A stretch of DNA of 64,000 bases from Marsupella aquatica (Eukaryota; Plantae; Marchantiophyta). Both the position numbers and the translations under genes were made by a program. How positions within the stretch are numbered: position 1 is the first letter of the stretch; each line of letters opens with the position of its first letter. The stretch covers positions 8,544,184-8,608,183 of the forward strand of contig OZ316895.1 of NCBI GenBank assembly GCA_973895155.1, written 5' to 3'. Below, in pieces: positions 62,373 through 64,000 of this stretch. The notes beneath the pieces are model-generated. The model was not told the DNA's origin and searched no databases. It was given only the letters and a program-made list of their open reading frames with translations.

Positions 62373-64000
62373 CTTTCGTCAGAGGACGCTCCGATCAAAG
62401 TCTCCTCCGCGTCACATTTCTGAATTCTAGAATCTATCTCAAGAACCACGTGTATTCGTGAGACCCTCCTTCCTTTTCGTGTCCCTTCTGTTCCTTTCCC
62501 AGAGTTCTAAATTAAATCCCAGAGCTTGTTGCCAATGAAGCGCGGCATCCAATTCGCTCGCCCTGCACCACCAATTCTATCCCTATCAAAATTTGAGGGC
62601 AACATCCATACTTCCTACTGTGGACCGCCCCTCGTTCAACTAGCTCATCCTCGACATAACATGAAGCTGCCTTGTCTATCTCCTCCAGTGCACATGGTCG
62701 ATAAGCTTGGCATCTCCTCCACCTCCTCTGAACTTCAAAATCAGTCTCGAATGATGCGATTATCGTCCTGTTGCCTTTGCGTCCTAGGCTGATTCACTCA
62801 TGCAGCCCTGAACGGTTCCGATGTTCCATATAGTCAAGTCCTGATAATTATGATCATCTTCGCCGGGGATTCCTATCCCCTGTTTGCCTTATCAAGTGAG
62901 TCACTGGCCAAAATCCTGTCTCAAAGACAAATTAATATATGTACAATAATAAGAGCGACATCGCTCGTCACTGGCGAGAAGACCGTCAAAGGCTCCGCTG
63001 CTACAGCAAAGTGCAACGCCACCGAGATCTTCTTCGCCTCGCCTCGCCCGGTCTGGTCTGGTCCGGCCCGGTCTCGTCTGGTCTACTGTAGTCCCCCCTC
63101 TCGTCAGACCATGCAGTATCTAGCAAGTAGGAAGTCGTCGACTGTACTCATCCATGGGCCCCGCGTCTCGACGCTTATCCCCGCTGGATCTCACGAACTT
63201 TCCTCTACCATGCTTTGGCCCCGCCAGCCCGCGACTTATCTGGTTCCCGTGTAAACCTCATCTGTCATCAATCACATTCTCCTCACCGTCGCGCATCTCA
63301 GCTCCCCATCCCAGGAGGTCGTGACCACGAATGTTATGTGCTTGCTGAGCGAGCAAACGAAACGACCGACAGAGGACGAAAATTCGTCCATGTCGTACTT
63401 TATCTTTCCTCATTCGCACATCTTCTCACACAGTCCGAAGCAAAAGGCGCCTCGGTGGTCCCACCCGCACCTCGCCAACTCGCAAATCCACTGCGACGGA
63501 CGGGGCAGCCAGCCAGCCGTGAGGCAGAATCATGAATCATGACTCATGATTCATGATGGTCCAGCGAAAGCTACAGTCCCAGACATTGCGGGAGCCAAGA
63601 AAAAAAAGCATCAATGCCGCAACCTAGCACGCTTTGTTCGCTTTCACCTGGTCCACAAACTCCAAACAACTCGAGTCCTCACATTTTTCATCAGATCCCA
63701 CTCTCTTGGCAGCAAAGTAGCAAACAGCCCGAAATTTCCGTCTCTGCTTCTTCTTTTCAGTCATTGATTCTCGCATCCACTTCACTCAGTTCACTCCTTT
63801 CCGGCAGAATGATTCGAGGCGCTTCTCCAAGCATTAAATAAAATCCGATGCACATCAGTACCGCACCGAACTTGCCAATCGAAGCGTCTCCGGTCCCGAT
63901 TCGAAATCCCGGATCACCTCCGAGAGGACCGAGACCGAATTTTGTAGCAGCCCGAGCTCCGTGAATCGCTCCACTACTCGAGCGCCATTCTTTCCCCCGT

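Noticed and set aside
62450-64000. Several 70-134-aa ORFs at the window end
   Set aside because: No motifs. More likely leader or promoter sequence of the adjacent genes.

Overview
Eukaryotic, intron-rich land-plant DNA. A non-seed plant such as a liverwort or other bryophyte is inferred from the long GA/TC-rich leaders, the PHD-bearing Ty3 relic and the gene set. I spliced five intact genes by hand with consistent intron phases: a 9-exon CYP85-clan cytochrome P450 (+, 6922-11260), a CCCH zinc-finger protein with an RVxW motif (-, 28554-32643), a lipoate-protein ligase LplA (-, 45060-46984), ribosomal protein S17 (+, 51900-53190), and a 12-exon, ~1158-aa protein with collagen-like Gly-X-Y tracts (-, 55416-62372). 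A frameshifted, truncated inverted copy of the P450 lies head-to-head with it. The rest is transposon-rich: a LINE interrupted by a DNA element, Ty3 and Ty1 remnants, MITEs and Helitron-like pieces. The standout is a ~4.2-kb element (~38680-42920) encoding a Crypton-type tyrosine recombinase. It has a K-x-x-R catalytic variant, a divergent antisense relic of a second recombinase N-terminus, 13-bp subterminal inverted repeats and a ~125-bp terminal hairpin. All calls come from manual reading; no database searches were run.
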